Source: Gammaproteobacteria bacterium (GTDB lineage: Bacteria > Pseudomonadota > Gammaproteobacteria > Ga0077536). Taken from it: a stretch of 64,000 bases of DNA. The stretch covers positions 19,770 to 83,769 of the forward strand of contig JACQWY010000037.1 in NCBI GenBank assembly GCA_016209015.1. Reading direction: 5' to 3'. Positions 30,370 to 43,256 of this stretch are shown in pieces. Numbering within the stretch: position 1 is the first letter of the stretch; each line of letters begins with the position of its first letter. A model generated the notes under the pieces. It did no database searches. It was not told where the DNA came from and was given only the letters and a program-made list of their open reading frames with translations. Position numbers and translations under genes: made by a program.

Positions 30370-30770
30370 GGTCGGGACCGGCCCGCCGAACGCGGCGCGG
30401 TCCGTGGTCTGACAAGTGCTCTTCATGTTCTTCGTTTTGATGGCGATAGACTCACGATTCACCCCAAGCAACCACCGCGCCCGAATCGGCCGCGGCTGCC
30501 CCCGACTCGAAGTATTGTGAACGGGCTCGCGAAATTGCAGGTCGCCCCCGCTTCCTGAAGGTGCATTTTGCGTTTGTTTACACGAGTCCTGCCGGGCATG
30601 CCCCGCGGCCGCTGAACGAAGGCACGTCGCGACGTCGTCACGCTGCGACAAACCCGCCACCCGCAGTTTGTTGCGGCGCCCGCCGCGGACTGCGGCCCGC
30701 GCCTACGGATCCACCCACGAACGTTCGCGCAGATCTTTGAACTGGCTGCGGATTTTCCGCACGGTCGATT

Positions 30771-30785
30771 TGGCACGCGGCTTGA
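30771..30785 (+). promoter_or_regulatory. Putative sigma54 -24/-12 promoter
   Basis: TGGCAC-GCGGC-TTGA about 100 bp upstream of the EF-hand gene. Confidence 0.55.
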
Positions 30786-30883
30786 AACGAGGTCGGAGCA
30801 GGCTGGCGCACGGCGCGCCCGCCGCGAACCGCGGGAACGCGAGCGCGCTCCCGCACCGACGACACATCGTGGAGGCTCACATC

Positions 30884-31225
30884 ATGAACAAGCTCGCCAT
30901 CGCTCTCGCCCTCGGTATCCTGTCCAGCACCGCAGCCGCCGACGGCTTCATGCCCTGGACCGACGTCTTCTCCAAGTTCGATACCGACACGGACGGCTCG
31001 GTCTCCATGCAGGAGGCCCAGAATCACGAAGTCGGCCAGGACTTCGTGGGCTTCTACCCGTTCATGAAGGATCATTTCGCGGACCTCGATGCGAATCACG
31101 ACGGCAAAGTCACGCGCGACGAGCTCGCCGCGATGATGCATACGAAGAAGTGGACCGATAAGGACCTCGTGAACCAGTTCTACAAGAACACCGGCTTCAT
31201 GGCGGCGAACCCGGAGAACCAGTAG
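30884..31225 (+). CDS. Secreted EF-hand protein
   Basis: Signal peptide; DTDTDGSVSMQE and DANHDGKVTRDE loops; GGAGG RBS. Confidence 0.88.
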   Translation: MNKLAIALALGILSSTAAADGFMPWTDVFSKFDTDTDGSVSMQEAQNHEVGQDFVGFYPFMKDHFADLDANHDGKVTRDELAAMMHTKKWTDKDLVNQFYKNTGFMAANPENQ

Positions 31226-31392
31226 CGGGCGCGCGAGCCCCCGCCGCGGCAGGCGCGGACGCGTTCGAAAACAGCCGCGCCGCAACGTTTGTTTGCGCTG
31301 GCCGGGCGGGGTGGGACTCACATCGCGGGCCGGGTCCTCTGCTAGGATGAGAGGGTGGCTCTGGGGCTCACCTTCTCCAGCGGGGATCGCTC

Positions 31393-32532
31393 ATGGAACG
31401 CATCAAGCAGGCGCTCGAACAGGCACGCGAAGAACGCGTGAAAGTGCTCGGCGAGCGGACTTCCGGCCCGCTGTTCCTCACTGACGAAGGCCCCGGTGCC
31501 GACGCCCGTCTGGCGCAGGCCATCCGGCGCCGCTCGCCCGTCAACCAGCTCCCGCCCGAACGGCAGACCGCGCTCATCAGCGCGGGTCAGGTCCTGTCGC
31601 TCGGCGCCGGCGAAACGCTCCTGACGGCCGGCGAATCGAACGACTACGTGCACTACCTCCTGGAGGGCGCGCTCGCGATCGCCACCGAATTCGAACGCAT
31701 CCAGACGCTCTACGCTTACCAGGACGCCGCCCTGCTGCCGGTCGACGAGCCCGGCACGAAGAGCCACACCGTGACGGCCGAGCTGCCCTCGCGGGTGTTC
31801 CGGATCACCCAGCAGGAGATCAACCGGCAGACCGAGGCAGCGGCCGCCGCGCCCGTGCCGACCGAACTCTACGCCGAGACGTTCACCGGCCAGCAGCTCG
31901 CCGAGCTGGTGAGCGAGATCAACGCCGATCACGAATCGCTCACGCCGCCCGTGGACCCCGCGCCCGCGGCCGCGCCGGTCGACGACGAGGTGAAGATCGG
32001 CGACCGCACGCTGAGTTTCCAGATCGACCCGGCATTCGTCGAACCGCCGTCCGAACCGCCGGAGTTCACGCCCGACGAGCTCGATCTCGTCGTCCGCCCC
32101 GCGACCGGTGACGAGCTCGCACAGATCATCCGCGATTTCGAGATCGAGCTGCGGCGTCAGTTCGAATCCATCAGGAATCAGGAACGGGCGCGCGCCCAGG
32201 CCCAGATGAAGTCGTACGCGGGGCGCGTGCACCGGCTCGCCGAGCAGCAGATGCGGGCGAAGATGGATATCGTGCGCGGCCGCTATCAGGTGGCCTATGC
32301 CGAGAAGGAGCGCAGGCTGCGCGAGCGCTACGAGCAGCTCATCACGCTCACGAACAAAGTGGCCCGGCAGAAAGCGGCCATCAACCAGGCGCGCCGCGAG
32401 CTCGAGGAGAAACTGCGGATCGCCGACCAGGTGCATCGCGATCTCAGCCGCATCGGACTGACGGTCACGAACCAGCTCGACGTGCTGGAAGACATGATCC
32501 CCGCGGGCGACGCCGGCACCGGCGCCGGCTGA
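31393..32532 (+). CDS. Cyclic-nucleotide-binding-domain protein with C-terminal coiled coil
   Basis: GETLLTAGESNDYVHYLLEG cNMP-like fold; heptad-rich C-terminus. Confidence 0.65.
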   Translation: MERIKQALEQAREERVKVLGERTSGPLFLTDEGPGADARLAQAIRRRSPVNQLPPERQTALISAGQVLSLGAGETLLTAGESNDYVHYLLEGALAIATEFERIQTLYAYQDAALLPVDEPGTKSHTVTAELPSRVFRITQQEINRQTEAAAAAPVPTELYAETFTGQQLAELVSEINADHESLTPPVDPAPAAAPVDDEVKIGDRTLSFQIDPAFVEPPSEPPEFTPDELDLVVRPATGDELAQIIRDFEIELRRQFESIRNQERARAQAQMKSYAGRVHRLAEQQMRAKMDIVRGRYQVAYAEKERRLRERYEQLITLTNKVARQKAAINQARRELEEKLRIADQVHRDLSRIGLTVTNQLDVLEDMIPAGDAGTGAG

Positions 32533-32550
32533 ACCCGGCGCCGCGCGTCT

Positions 32551-32817
32551 CTAGATCCCCATCCCGCTCAAGGTCACCATCAGGTCGTTCAGGATCGCGG
32601 TCAGCCGCGGATGCTCGACCTCGAAATGCTCGACGAGCGTCGGCAGCTCGGCGTTCAGCTCGGCGCCGCTCGCGCTGCCCTCGGGCGCGTCGATCTGGCG
32701 CTCGAGCGCGGCGATGAGCCCTTCGATGCGTGCCCGCTTCTCGGCATCGCCGCTGCCGAATTCGGCGAGCGCGGCGCGCAGCGCCTCGAGGGCTTGATGT
32801 AGTTGATCTCGACTCAT
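32551..32817 (-). CDS. DUF4404 family protein
   Basis: FEVEHPRLTAILNDLMVTLSGMGI C-terminus. Confidence 0.85.
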   Translation of the reverse strand: MSRDQLHQALEALRAALAEFGSGDAEKRARIEGLIAALERQIDAPEGSASGAELNAELPTLVEHFEVEHPRLTAILNDLMVTLSGMGI

Positions 32818-32914
32818 GACGGCCACCGGTTCCCGCTTGGAAAGAGCCGCGGTCCCGCACGCATCGCGCGTCGAGCCGCGTGCTCACAGTTTACCGCAGG
32901 CCGGCCCGCGTGCC

Positions 32915-34798
<1,884 letters not shown>

Positions 34799-34867
34799 GA
34801 CACCTCTCCCGCCAGCGACGCCGCGCCATTCTAACCCCGACATCGCGGGCGGCGCTGGCCCAGGTGC

Positions 34868-34883
34868 TGTCGCAAACCGTACA
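34868..34883 (+). promoter_or_regulatory. NifA-type upstream activator sequence
   Basis: TGT-CGCAAACCGT-ACA (TGT-N10-ACA) about 90 bp before the -24 box. Confidence 0.8.
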
Positions 34884-34969
34884 AATGTAGCATTTGCGCC
34901 CGCGCTCGCTCAGCAGGCGGGGTGCGTCAAAGCGCTGAGGCGCAAGCGGTAATTGACCACCGCCGCGTT

Positions 34970-34984
34970 TGGCACGGTGGTTGC
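34970..34984 (+). promoter_or_regulatory. sigma54 promoter of the nifV operon
   Basis: TGGCAC-GGTGG-TTGC, matches consensus. Confidence 0.9.
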
Positions 34985-35022
34985 CCTTACCGTCTCAGGC
35001 AGGCATTGCGGAGCGCGCGACC

Positions 35023-36144
35023 ATGACATCGAGCGTCGTCATCAACGACACCACGCTGCGCGACGGCGAGCAGACGGCGGGCGTCGCGTTCACCGTCGAG
35101 GAGAAGCTCGCGATCGCGGCCGCACTCGCGGCGGCCGGTGTGCCGGAAATGGAGGTCGGTATTCCAATCATGGGCCCGGAGGAGCAGGAGGTGATCCGGG
35201 CGATCGCCGATCTCCGCCTGCCCGCGAAGCTCATGGTGTGGGGCCGCATGCTGGAACCCGATCTGCAGACGATGGCGTCCTGCGGCGCGGACATCGTGAA
35301 TCTCTCGATCCCGGTCTCCGATCTGCACCTCCGGCACAAGGTGCAGCGATCGCGCGACTGGGTGCTCGGCCAGGTCACGCGCTGCGTCTCGATGGCGCGC
35401 GACCTCGGTTGCGAGGTCGCCGTCGGCGGCGAGGATTCCTCGCGCGCGGACCCCGATTTCCTGGCCCGCGTCGCGGAGACCGCCGCCCGCGCCGGCGCGC
35501 GCCGCTTCCGCTTCGCGGACACGCTCGGCGTACTCGATCCCTTCGGCACCGAGGCCCGCATCCGCCGCCTTCGCGCGGCCGTGGACCTCGAGATAGAAAT
35601 CCACTCGCACAACGACCTCGGACTCGCGACGGCGAACACGCTCGCGGCGATCCGCGGCGGCGCGACGCACGCGAACACGACCGTCAACGGCCTCGGCGAG
35701 CGCGCGGGCAACGCGCCGCTCGAAGAAGTCGTGATGGCGCTGCGTCACCTGTACGGCATCGAGGCCGGCATCGACACGCAGGTCTTCCCCGCGATTTCCG
35801 CGCTCGTCGCGCGAGCTTCGGGGCGGCCGGTTGCCGCGAACAAGAGCATCGTCGGCGAAGCGGTCTTCAATCACGAATCCGGCATTCATGTCGACGGCCT
35901 GCTCAAGCATCGCGACACTTACCAGGGCTTCGATCCCGGCGAGGTCGGGCGCCGCCATCGCGTCGTGCTCGGCAAGCATTCCGGCACGAAGTCCGTCGTG
36001 CAGGCGTATTCCGATCTGGGCATCACGCTGAACGGGCCGGAAGCCCGCGCGCTGCTCGGCCGCATCCGCGACTACGCCGTCGCCACGAAGCGCGTGCCGC
36101 GCGCCGTGGAGTTGCGCCGCTTCTATCGCGAGGCGAACGCATGA
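35023..36144 (+). CDS. nifV: Homocitrate synthase
   Basis: [40 protein letters not shown]; nif context. Confidence 0.95.
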   Translation: MTSSVVINDTTLRDGEQTAGVAFTVEEKLAIAAALAAAGVPEMEVGIPIMGPEEQEVIRAIADLRLPAKLMVWGRMLEPDLQTMASCGADIVNLSIPVSDLHLRHKVQRSRDWVLGQVTRCVSMARDLGCEVAVGGEDSSRADPDFLARVAETAARAGARRFRFADTLGVLDPFGTEARIRRLRAAVDLEIEIHSHNDLGLATANTLAAIRGGATHANTTVNGLGERAGNAPLEEVVMALRHLYGIEAGIDTQVFPAISALVARASGRPVAANKSIVGEAVFNHESGIHVDGLLKHRDTYQGFDPGEVGRRHRVVLGKHSGTKSVVQAYSDLGITLNGPEARALLGRIRDYAVATKRVPRAVELRRFYREANA

Positions 36145-36347
36145 GCCCGGACCTGTGCTGGACGGACGTCGCGGAGATCACGTTCCAGCTCGCGGAGGCC
36201 CATCCGGACGTCGATCCGAAGTACGTCAGCTTTCCGGAACTCTACCGCTGGATCCTCGCGCTGCCGGACTTCAGCGACGATCCCGCGCGCTGCAACGAAC
36301 GCGTGCTCGAAGCGATCCAGGGCGCCTGGCTCGCGGAGCTCGCCTGA
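36141..36347 (+). CDS. iscX: Fe-S assembly protein IscX
   Basis: [31 protein letters not shown]...[11 protein letters not shown]. Confidence 0.9.
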   Translation: MSPDLCWTDVAEITFQLAEAHPDVDPKYVSFPELYRWILALPDFSDDPARCNERVLEAIQGAWLAELA

Positions 36348-36357
36348 GGATCCGCCC

Positions 36358-36711
36358 ATGAGCCCATCGCCCGAAACTGCGTTGAATTCCCGGCTCGGCA
36401 CGCTCTCCGCCGCCGAAGAGTTCTTCGATTTCTTCGCCGTGCGCTACGAGCAGCACGTGGTGAACGTGAGCCGCCTGCACATTCTCAAGCGCTACCGGCA
36501 GTACCTCGACCGCGCCGGCGATCTCGCCGCGCTCGACGCCGACACGCTCGTCGCGACGCATCGCGAATGCCTCAGCCGGGCGCACGCGGATTTCACGCGA
36601 TCGAGCGGCGTGCAGGAGAAGGTGTTCAAGGTCTTCCAGCAGGCCGAGGGCCGCCAGCACGTCACGGTGGATGCGCTGCGCGCGAGCCTGTCTTCGCAGA
36701 AACGGGACTGA
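36358..36711 (+). CDS. nifW: Nitrogenase-stabilising protein NifW
   Basis: LSAAEEFFDFF, VVNVSRLHILKR, EKVFKVFQ. Confidence 0.93.
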   Translation: MSPSPETALNSRLGTLSAAEEFFDFFAVRYEQHVVNVSRLHILKRYRQYLDRAGDLAALDADTLVATHRECLSRAHADFTRSSGVQEKVFKVFQQAEGRQHVTVDALRASLSSQKRD

Positions 36712-36715
36712 GCCC

Positions 36716-37570
36716 ATGCACATCGTCGTCTGCATCAAGCAAGTCCCGGACAGTGCGCAAATCCGCGTCCATCCGGTGACGAACACCATCATGCGCCAGG
36801 GCGTGCCGGCCATCGTCAATCCCTACGACTTGTATGCGATTGAAGAGGCCCTGCGTCTGAAGGATCGCTGTCACGGCCGCGTCACGGTGCTTTCCATGGG
36901 TCCGCCGCAGGCCGAGACGGCGTTGCGCAAGGCGATCTCCTTCGGCGCCGACGAAGCGGTGCTGCTCACCGATCGATCCTTCGCGGGTGCGGACACGCTC
37001 GCGACGAGCTACGCGCTCGCCGCCGCCATCGGGAAAATCAACGAGGAGCTGCCGGTCGATCTCGTGTTCACCGGCAAGCAGACGATCGACGGCGACACCG
37101 CGCAAGTCGGCCCCGGCATCGCGAAGCGCCTGGGCCTCGAGCTCCTCACCTACGTCTCGCAGATCGACGCGCTCGATCTCGAGCGGCGCGAGATCGTCGT
37201 GCGCCGCCGCGCCGAGGGCGGCGTGCAGGTGCTGAAGACGCGCCTGCCCGCGCTCATCACCATGCTCGAGGGTACGAACGAAGTGCGCTTCGCGACGATG
37301 GCGAACATGTTCCGCGCCGCGCGCTACGACTTGAAAGTGTGGAGCAAGGAAGACGCCGGCATCACGGACGCGACGAAGATCGGCTTGAAAGGATCTCCTA
37401 CCGTCGTCGCGAAAGTGTTCGCACCGCAGCCGCGCTCGAAGCCCGCCGAGCTCGTCGGCAACGAGACGAGCTCACCGCAGGATCTCGCGGTGAATCTCAT
37501 CACGACGCTCTTCGCCCGCCATCCGAATCTCGAGAGCCAGTTCGCGAAGAACGCAGGAGTGAGCCCATGA
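36716..37570 (+). CDS. fixA: Electron transfer flavoprotein beta subunit FixA
   Basis: [43 protein letters not shown]. Confidence 0.95.
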   Translation: MHIVVCIKQVPDSAQIRVHPVTNTIMRQGVPAIVNPYDLYAIEEALRLKDRCHGRVTVLSMGPPQAETALRKAISFGADEAVLLTDRSFAGADTLATSYALAAAIGKINEELPVDLVFTGKQTIDGDTAQVGPGIAKRLGLELLTYVSQIDALDLERREIVVRRRAEGGVQVLKTRLPALITMLEGTNEVRFATMANMFRAARYDLKVWSKEDAGITDATKIGLKGSPTVVAKVFAPQPRSKPAELVGNETSSPQDLAVNLITTLFARHPNLESQFAKNAGVSP

Positions 37571-38655
37571 GCGAGACCGCACCGAAGAAGGCCGGCGGCC
37601 GCCGCAAGGTCGAGCTCGACCCGCGCCTGCAGGCCTATCGCGGCGTGTGGGTGTTCGTCGAGCACGAGCGCGGCGGCATCCAGCCCGTGTCCTGGGAGCT
37701 GCTCGGCGAAGGCCGCAAGCTCGCCGACAAGCTCGGCGTCGAGCTCGCCGGCGTCGTGATGGGCGCGCCCGGCGAAACGGCCCGCCGCTTCTGCCGCGAA
37801 GCCTTCCACTACGGCGCCGACCTCTGCTATCTCGTCGAGGATCCGGTGCTCAGCGATTATCGCAATCAGCCGTACACGAAGGCGCTGACGGATCTCGTCG
37901 ATACCTACCAGCCCGAGATCCTCATGCTCGGCGCGACGACGCTCGGCCGCGATCTCGCGGGGAGTGTCGCGACGACCTTGAAGACGGGCCTGACCGCCGA
38001 CTGCACCGAGCTCAACATCGACATGGACAACCGCAGCCTCGCGGCGACGCGCCCGACGTTCGGCGGGCGGCTGCTGTGCACGATCCAGACGCTGAACTAC
38101 CGGCCGCAGATGGCGACCGTGCGGCCGCGCGTGATGTCGATGCCGGCGCCGGACAGGAGTCGCGAGGGCCGCATCGTCGAGCACGCACTGGGCATGATCG
38201 AGACGGACATCGTCACGAAGGTCCTCGACTACCTCCCGGACGCGAACACCGACGAGCCGCAGCTCGCGTTCGCCGACATCATCGTCGCCGCGGGCCGCGG
38301 GCTGAAGCGCGCGGAGAACTTCAAGATGATCTGTGACCTCGCGGCCGTGCTCGGCGCCGAGGTCGGCGCGACGCGTCCGCTCGTGCAGGCCGGCTGGGTC
38401 GGGCTCGAGCGCCAGGTCGGCCAGTCGGGCAAGACGGTCCGGCCCAAGCTCTACATCGCGGTCGGGATCTCCGGTGCGATCCAGCATCGCGTCGGCATGG
38501 AGAGCTCGGACGTCATCGTCGCGATCAACAACGACCCGCAGGCGCCTATTTTCGATTTCGCGCACTACGGTATCGTCGGCAACGCCATGACGGTGGTACC
38601 CGCATTGACCGAAGCGTTCCGCCAGCAGCTCGCCGTCGTGCGGCGCGCCGGCTGA
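37567..38655 (+). CDS. fixB: Electron transfer flavoprotein alpha subunit FixB
   Basis: [33 protein letters not shown]. Confidence 0.95.
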   Translation: MSETAPKKAGGRRKVELDPRLQAYRGVWVFVEHERGGIQPVSWELLGEGRKLADKLGVELAGVVMGAPGETARRFCREAFHYGADLCYLVEDPVLSDYRNQPYTKALTDLVDTYQPEILMLGATTLGRDLAGSVATTLKTGLTADCTELNIDMDNRSLAATRPTFGGRLLCTIQTLNYRPQMATVRPRVMSMPAPDRSREGRIVEHALGMIETDIVTKVLDYLPDANTDEPQLAFADIIVAAGRGLKRAENFKMICDLAAVLGAEVGATRPLVQAGWVGLERQVGQSGKTVRPKLYIAVGISGAIQHRVGMESSDVIVAINNDPQAPIFDFAHYGIVGNAMTVVPALTEAFRQQLAVVRRAG

Positions 38656-38674
38656 GCGGGGCAGGAGCAACAGC

Positions 38675-39973
38675 ATGGCCGAGAAATTCGACGTGATAGT
38701 GGTCGGCGCGGGACCTTCGGGCAACGCCGCCGCCTATACGCTCGCGAAAGCGGGCCTGTCGGTACTGCAGATCGAGCGCGGCGAATATCCCGGCTCGAAG
38801 AACGTGCAGGGTGCGATCCTCTATGCGGATGCGCTGGAGAAGATCATTCCCGACTTCCGCGACGACGCGCCGCTGGAACGCCATCTCATCGAGCAGCGCC
38901 TGTGGGTGCTCGACGACGAGAGCTACGTCGGCACGACCTACCGCTCGGACGATTTCGACAGGCCGCCGCACAATCGCTACACCATCATCCGCGCCCAGAT
39001 CGACAAGTGGTTCTCGGGCAAGGTGCAGGAAGCGGGTGCGCTCGTCATCTGCGAGACGACGGTCACGAACCTCATCATGGACGGCGAACGGGTGATCGGC
39101 GTGCAGACGGATCGCGAGGGCGGCTCGATCTACGCCGACGTCGTGATCCTCGCGGACGGCGTGAACTCGCTGCTCGCGAAACGCGCGGGTTTCCATGCCG
39201 AGATCAAGCCGACGGACGTCGCGCTCGCCGTGAAGGAAATCTTCTTCATGCCCGAGGAGACTATTTGCTCGCGCTTCAACCTGCAGGGCGAGCAGGGTGT
39301 CGCGATCGAAATGGTCGGCAAGATCACGAAGGGCATGGTCGGCACCGGTTTCCTGTATACGAATCGCGAGTCGCTCACGATCGGCGTCGGCTGTCTCGCG
39401 AGCGATTTCCGTTCGAGCGGCACGCCGGCCTATGCGCTCCTCGAAGAGATGAAGAAGCATCCGGCGATAGCGCCGCTGCTCGAAGGCGGCGAGATGAAGG
39501 AGTACACGGCGCATCTCATTCCCGAGGGCGGCTACGAGGCGATGCCGAAGATCTACGGCGAAGGTTGGGTGATCGTCGGCGACAGCGGGCAGTTCGTGAA
39601 TGCCGTGCATCGCGAGGGCTCGAATCTCGCGATGACGACGGGGCAGATCGCGGCGCAGACGATCGTCGAGCTCGAGACCGAGGGCAGGCCGATGACGGCG
39701 AAGAATCTCGCGCGCTACTCGTCCAGGCTCAACGCGAGCTTCGTCATCAAGGATCTGAAGAAGTACCGCGACCTGCCGGCGATCCTGCACAAGAACAAGC
39801 AGTTCGTGACTTCCTATCCCGAGCTCGTGAACCGCGCCGCACACACCATGATCCGCGTCGACGGTGTCGACAAGCGCAGCAAGGAACGCGAGATCCGCGG
39901 CAGCTTCGTGCGCGCGCGCTCGCTGTTCGGGCTCATGAGTGATGCATTCAAGCTCTGGAGGGCGTTCGAATGA
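38675..39973 (+). CDS. fixC: ETF:quinone oxidoreductase-like FixC
   Basis: [38 protein letters not shown]. Confidence 0.95.
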   Translation: MAEKFDVIVVGAGPSGNAAAYTLAKAGLSVLQIERGEYPGSKNVQGAILYADALEKIIPDFRDDAPLERHLIEQRLWVLDDESYVGTTYRSDDFDRPPHNRYTIIRAQIDKWFSGKVQEAGALVICETTVTNLIMDGERVIGVQTDREGGSIYADVVILADGVNSLLAKRAGFHAEIKPTDVALAVKEIFFMPEETICSRFNLQGEQGVAIEMVGKITKGMVGTGFLYTNRESLTIGVGCLASDFRSSGTPAYALLEEMKKHPAIAPLLEGGEMKEYTAHLIPEGGYEAMPKIYGEGWVIVGDSGQFVNAVHREGSNLAMTTGQIAAQTIVELETEGRPMTAKNLARYSSRLNASFVIKDLKKYRDLPAILHKNKQFVTSYPELVNRAAHTMIRVDGVDKRSKEREIRGSFVRARSLFGLMSDAFKLWRAFE

Positions 39974-40257
39974 TCAAAATCGAGGAGAAACTCTTCCAGA
40001 ACCGCTACCGCGTCGACAGCGGCCGGCCGCACATCAGGATCAAGGATCCGGAGCTCTGTCTGAGCGCGTGCGAAACGAAGCCCTGCACGTACTGCTGTCC
40101 CGCGGCCTGCTACACGCGCGAAGGCGGCGGTCAGGTGGTGCTGATCACGGACGGCTGCCTCGAGTGCGGTACGTGTCGCGTGATCTGCAACGAGCTCGAG
40201 AACGTCGACTGGGATTATCCGCGCGGCGGCTTCGGCATACTGTTCAAGTTCGGTTAG
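39970..40257 (+). CDS. fixX: Ferredoxin-like FixX
   Basis: [22 protein letters not shown]. Confidence 0.95.
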   Translation: MIKIEEKLFQNRYRVDSGRPHIRIKDPELCLSACETKPCTYCCPAACYTREGGGQVVLITDGCLECGTCRVICNELENVDWDYPRGGFGILFKFG

Positions 40258-40279
40258 GGGCGGAGCACCGGCTGCTGCG

Positions 40280-40774
40280 ATGAGGAAAGTACGCGCGGCC
40301 GTCCGTTTCGCCTGCCTCGCCGGTCTCCTGTCTCCGACCGCAACGCCGGCCGCCGACATCGGCCACGCCCTGCTCGCTCCCGATTCGAGCCACGATCTCC
40401 ACGATGCACGCGAGCCCGTGCGCATGCCGGCGCACATGGCCGCCCGTCAGAAGGCGAACATGCGCCACCATCTCGACATCGTGAGCACGGTCGTCGCGGC
40501 ACTCGGCCGCGAGGACTATCCGGCGATCGCCGCAGCAGCTTCGGACATGGGCACGACGCCGGAGACCACCGCGATGTGCAGGCACATGGGCGCCGGGGGC
40601 CCGGCGGATTTCACGACACGCGCGCTCGCATTCCACGCGAGCGCCGATCGCCTCGCGGCGGCTTCCGGGACGCAGGACCGCTCGAAAGTTCTGGCGGCGC
40701 TCGGTGAGACACTGCAGGCGTGTACCGAATGCCATGCACGCTTCCGGCAGGAGATCGTCGCGCCGCAGCCGTGA
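40280..40774 (+). CDS. Periplasmic class II (c'-like) cytochrome c
   Basis: Signal peptide, single C-terminal CTECH, helical body. Confidence 0.85.
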   Translation: MRKVRAAVRFACLAGLLSPTATPAADIGHALLAPDSSHDLHDAREPVRMPAHMAARQKANMRHHLDIVSTVVAALGREDYPAIAAAASDMGTTPETTAMCRHMGAGGPADFTTRALAFHASADRLAAASGTQDRSKVLAALGETLQACTECHARFRQEIVAPQP

Positions 40775-40820
40775 GCGGCAGGGCCCGGTCTGGCCCAGGA
40801 GGTAGCGACCGGCGCTCCGC

Positions 40821-41023
40821 GTCTTCGAAACTCGGCTCACGCCGTCGGCCCGCGAGCTCGAGTCGATACTCGTCGCGATCGGAGACTGCGCGGCACGCTG
40901 GATCGACAAGGGGCTCGACGCTCAGGAGCTCGCTACGGATGTACTGATGTGCGACATCCCGGTGAGCCTCGACACGGAGCGCCTGCGCAGTCCCCTTCGC
41001 GGCCGCCGTGCGCCGCCCGGCCT
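40821..41023 (+). pseudogene. Fragment of an HxlR-family regulator
   Basis: Frame reads RLTPSARELESILVAIGDCAARWIDKGLDAQELATDVLMCDI, like the HxlR C-terminal part; no start; runs into the repeat. Confidence 0.55.
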
Positions 41024-41151
41024 GACTTATCCACCGGGGTCGGAGGGACTTTTTTTCCCGACGGCGCGGTCGTGAAGGGAGGACGCTCGCTCCCGCCGGC
41101 GGTGAATGTCCGAGGCGCGAGGAAAGTCCCTCCGACCCCGGTGGATAAGTC
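41024..41151. repeat. Inverted repeat pair, family 3 (copy A)
   Basis: GACTTATCCACCGGGGTCGGAGGGACTTT at 41024-41052 and its exact complement at 41123-41151. Confidence 0.9.
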
Positions 41152-41247
41152 GCGGCTCCGGTCGCGGATTTGCCGGCATGAGGGACGGCGTGTAGGCTTC
41201 CGCCCGCGTCCAAGGGCGCTCCCCGCAATTCGAAAGAGGAACTCACG

Positions 41248-41793
41248 ATGCCGTTACGCCGCCTCGCTGCCGCGACTTGTCTCACGCTTTCCGCCGCCGC
41301 CATTCCGGCCGTGGCCGCAGATCCCGCGAACACCGTATGGATGGACGTCTCGACGGGCGGTCGCGTCGTCATCGAGTTGCTGCCGGAGCGCGCGCCGGGG
41401 CACGTCGCGCGGATGAAGACGCTCGCCCGCAAGGGTTTCTACGACGGCATCGTCTTCCACCGCGTGATCGATGGCTTCATGGCCCAGACCGGCGACCCGA
41501 CCGGCACCGGCCGCGGCGGCAGCGATCTGCCGGATCTCGAGGCCGAGTTCTCGGACTACAAATACAAGCGCGGCACGCTCGGCGCAGCACGCACGAACGA
41601 TCCGAACAGCGCGAACTCGCAGTTCTTCATCTGCTTCACGGACGACGGCTGCAGCTTCCTCACCGGCCAGTACACGGTGTTCGGCCAGGTCGTGGAAGGC
41701 ATGGAGTTCATCGACAAGGTCGCGAAGGGCGAGCCGCCCGCGCAGCCGGACAAGATCGTGAAGCTGCAGGTCGCGGCGGACGCGAAGAAGTAG
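41248..41793 (+). CDS. Cyclophilin-type peptidyl-prolyl isomerase (exported)
   Basis: FHRVIDGFMAQTGDP, SANSQFFI, YTVFGQV. Confidence 0.95.
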   Translation: MPLRRLAAATCLTLSAAAIPAVAADPANTVWMDVSTGGRVVIELLPERAPGHVARMKTLARKGFYDGIVFHRVIDGFMAQTGDPTGTGRGGSDLPDLEAEFSDYKYKRGTLGAARTNDPNSANSQFFICFTDDGCSFLTGQYTVFGQVVEGMEFIDKVAKGEPPAQPDKIVKLQVAADAKK

Positions 41794-41865
41794 GCTTGCG
41801 CTGCGGCGGCGTCCGAATACGCTGCGCTATTCGGATGCTCCTCTCCTGACCACCGGCCGGGCGCG

Positions 41866-43167
41866 TCACCCCGTGTCCCGCGGATAAATCCTCACCTGCA
41901 CGATCCGCGGGCCGTTCATTTTCATGATCACCGCGTCGAAGCGCTCGAACGGGATGCGCTGCGCCTCGACCGGCAGATCGCCCAGGCGCTGCAGAACGAG
42001 GCCGGCGATCGAGCCCGCGCCCTGGTCGTCGATGTCGAGACCGAGCGCGCGTTCGAGCGTGAAGATCGGCAGGCTGCCCTTGCCGACGAGCGAGCCGTCG
42101 TCGAGCTTCTTCCAGTCGTTCTCGGCCTGCCTGAACTCGTCGCGGATCTCGCCGACGAGCGCGCCGAGCAGATTGTCGAGCGTGATGAAGCCCAGCGGCG
42201 GATCGTCGTTCCAGCCGACGACCGCGAAATGCGGCGTGCCCTGCCGGAAACGCCGGAAGAGCTCAGCGGCGGACAGGATGGGCTCGACGCGCATGACGGG
42301 GCGGACGATCGCGTCGAGATTCTCCGGCCGTCTGCCTTTCTGCAGCGCGAAGAAGATGTCCTTCAAGTGCACGACGCCGCGCACGTGACCCGCAGCATCG
42401 AGCCAGGGATAGCGGCTGAAGCGGTGCTGCGCCATGCGTTCGAGATTGACGTCGAGCGGGTCCGCCGCCGACAGCGGCACCGCCTCGTGGAAAGGCCGCA
42501 TGAGGTCGCCGACTTCGAGCGCCCGGAAGTCGAGCGCATGTGCGAGCACGCGCCATTCGTCGGCCGTGAAATCCGCATCCGCGCGCGACGAGCGCAGGAT
42601 GAGCTTGAGCTCGTCGGCGGAATAATGACTGTCGTGCTTGTGCGCGACGTCGAGTCCGACGAGACGCAACACGCGGTTCGAGCTCGAATTCAGGATCCAG
42701 ATCGCCGGATACATCAGCCAGTAGAACGCGAAGAGCGGCGCGGCCGTCCACAGCCCGACCCGCTCCGTGAGCCTTATCGCCATCGACTTCGGCGCGAGCT
42801 CGCCGACGACGATGTGCAGGTAGGAGATTATGAAGAACGCGGTGGAGAACGCGATCGCGTGCACGATCTCCGGTTTCACGATGCCGAGGCGCGCGAGCAG
42901 CGGTTCGAGCAGATCCGCGAACGCCGGCTCGCCGATCCAGCCGAGACCGAGTGACGCGAGCGTGATGCCGAGCTGACAGGCCGAGAGATACGCGTCGAGC
43001 TGACGGTGCACCTTCTGCAGGATCCGTCCGCGCCAGCCGTGCTTGCGTGCGATGGCCTTCACCCGCGTCTGACGCAGCTTCACGAGCCCGAATTCCGCGG
43101 CGACGAAGAAGCCGTTCAGGAGCACGAGCGCGACGGCGACGATCATGTAGAAGAGATTGCTGGCCAT
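41866..43167 (-). CDS. Hemolysin/CNNM (DUF21-CBS-CorC) family protein
   Basis: NGFFVAAEF, CQLGITLASLGLG, GELAPK, FSRYP, GEIRDE. Confidence 0.92.
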   Translation of the reverse strand: MASNLFYMIVAVALVLLNGFFVAAEFGLVKLRQTRVKAIARKHGWRGRILQKVHRQLDAYLSACQLGITLASLGLGWIGEPAFADLLEPLLARLGIVKPEIVHAIAFSTAFFIISYLHIVVGELAPKSMAIRLTERVGLWTAAPLFAFYWLMYPAIWILNSSSNRVLRLVGLDVAHKHDSHYSADELKLILRSSRADADFTADEWRVLAHALDFRALEVGDLMRPFHEAVPLSAADPLDVNLERMAQHRFSRYPWLDAAGHVRGVVHLKDIFFALQKGRRPENLDAIVRPVMRVEPILSAAELFRRFRQGTPHFAVVGWNDDPPLGFITLDNLLGALVGEIRDEFRQAENDWKKLDDGSLVGKGSLPIFTLERALGLDIDDQGAGSIAGLVLQRLGDLPVEAQRIPFERFDAVIMKMNGPRIVQVRIYPRDTG

Positions 43168-43256
43168 GGTGGAAGAAATGCGCGATTTCCTGGGGGCAGA
43201 CACGCATTTTGCCCGAGGCGGACGGGCTTGTCCCGACGCCGCCCCATCCACGCCCG

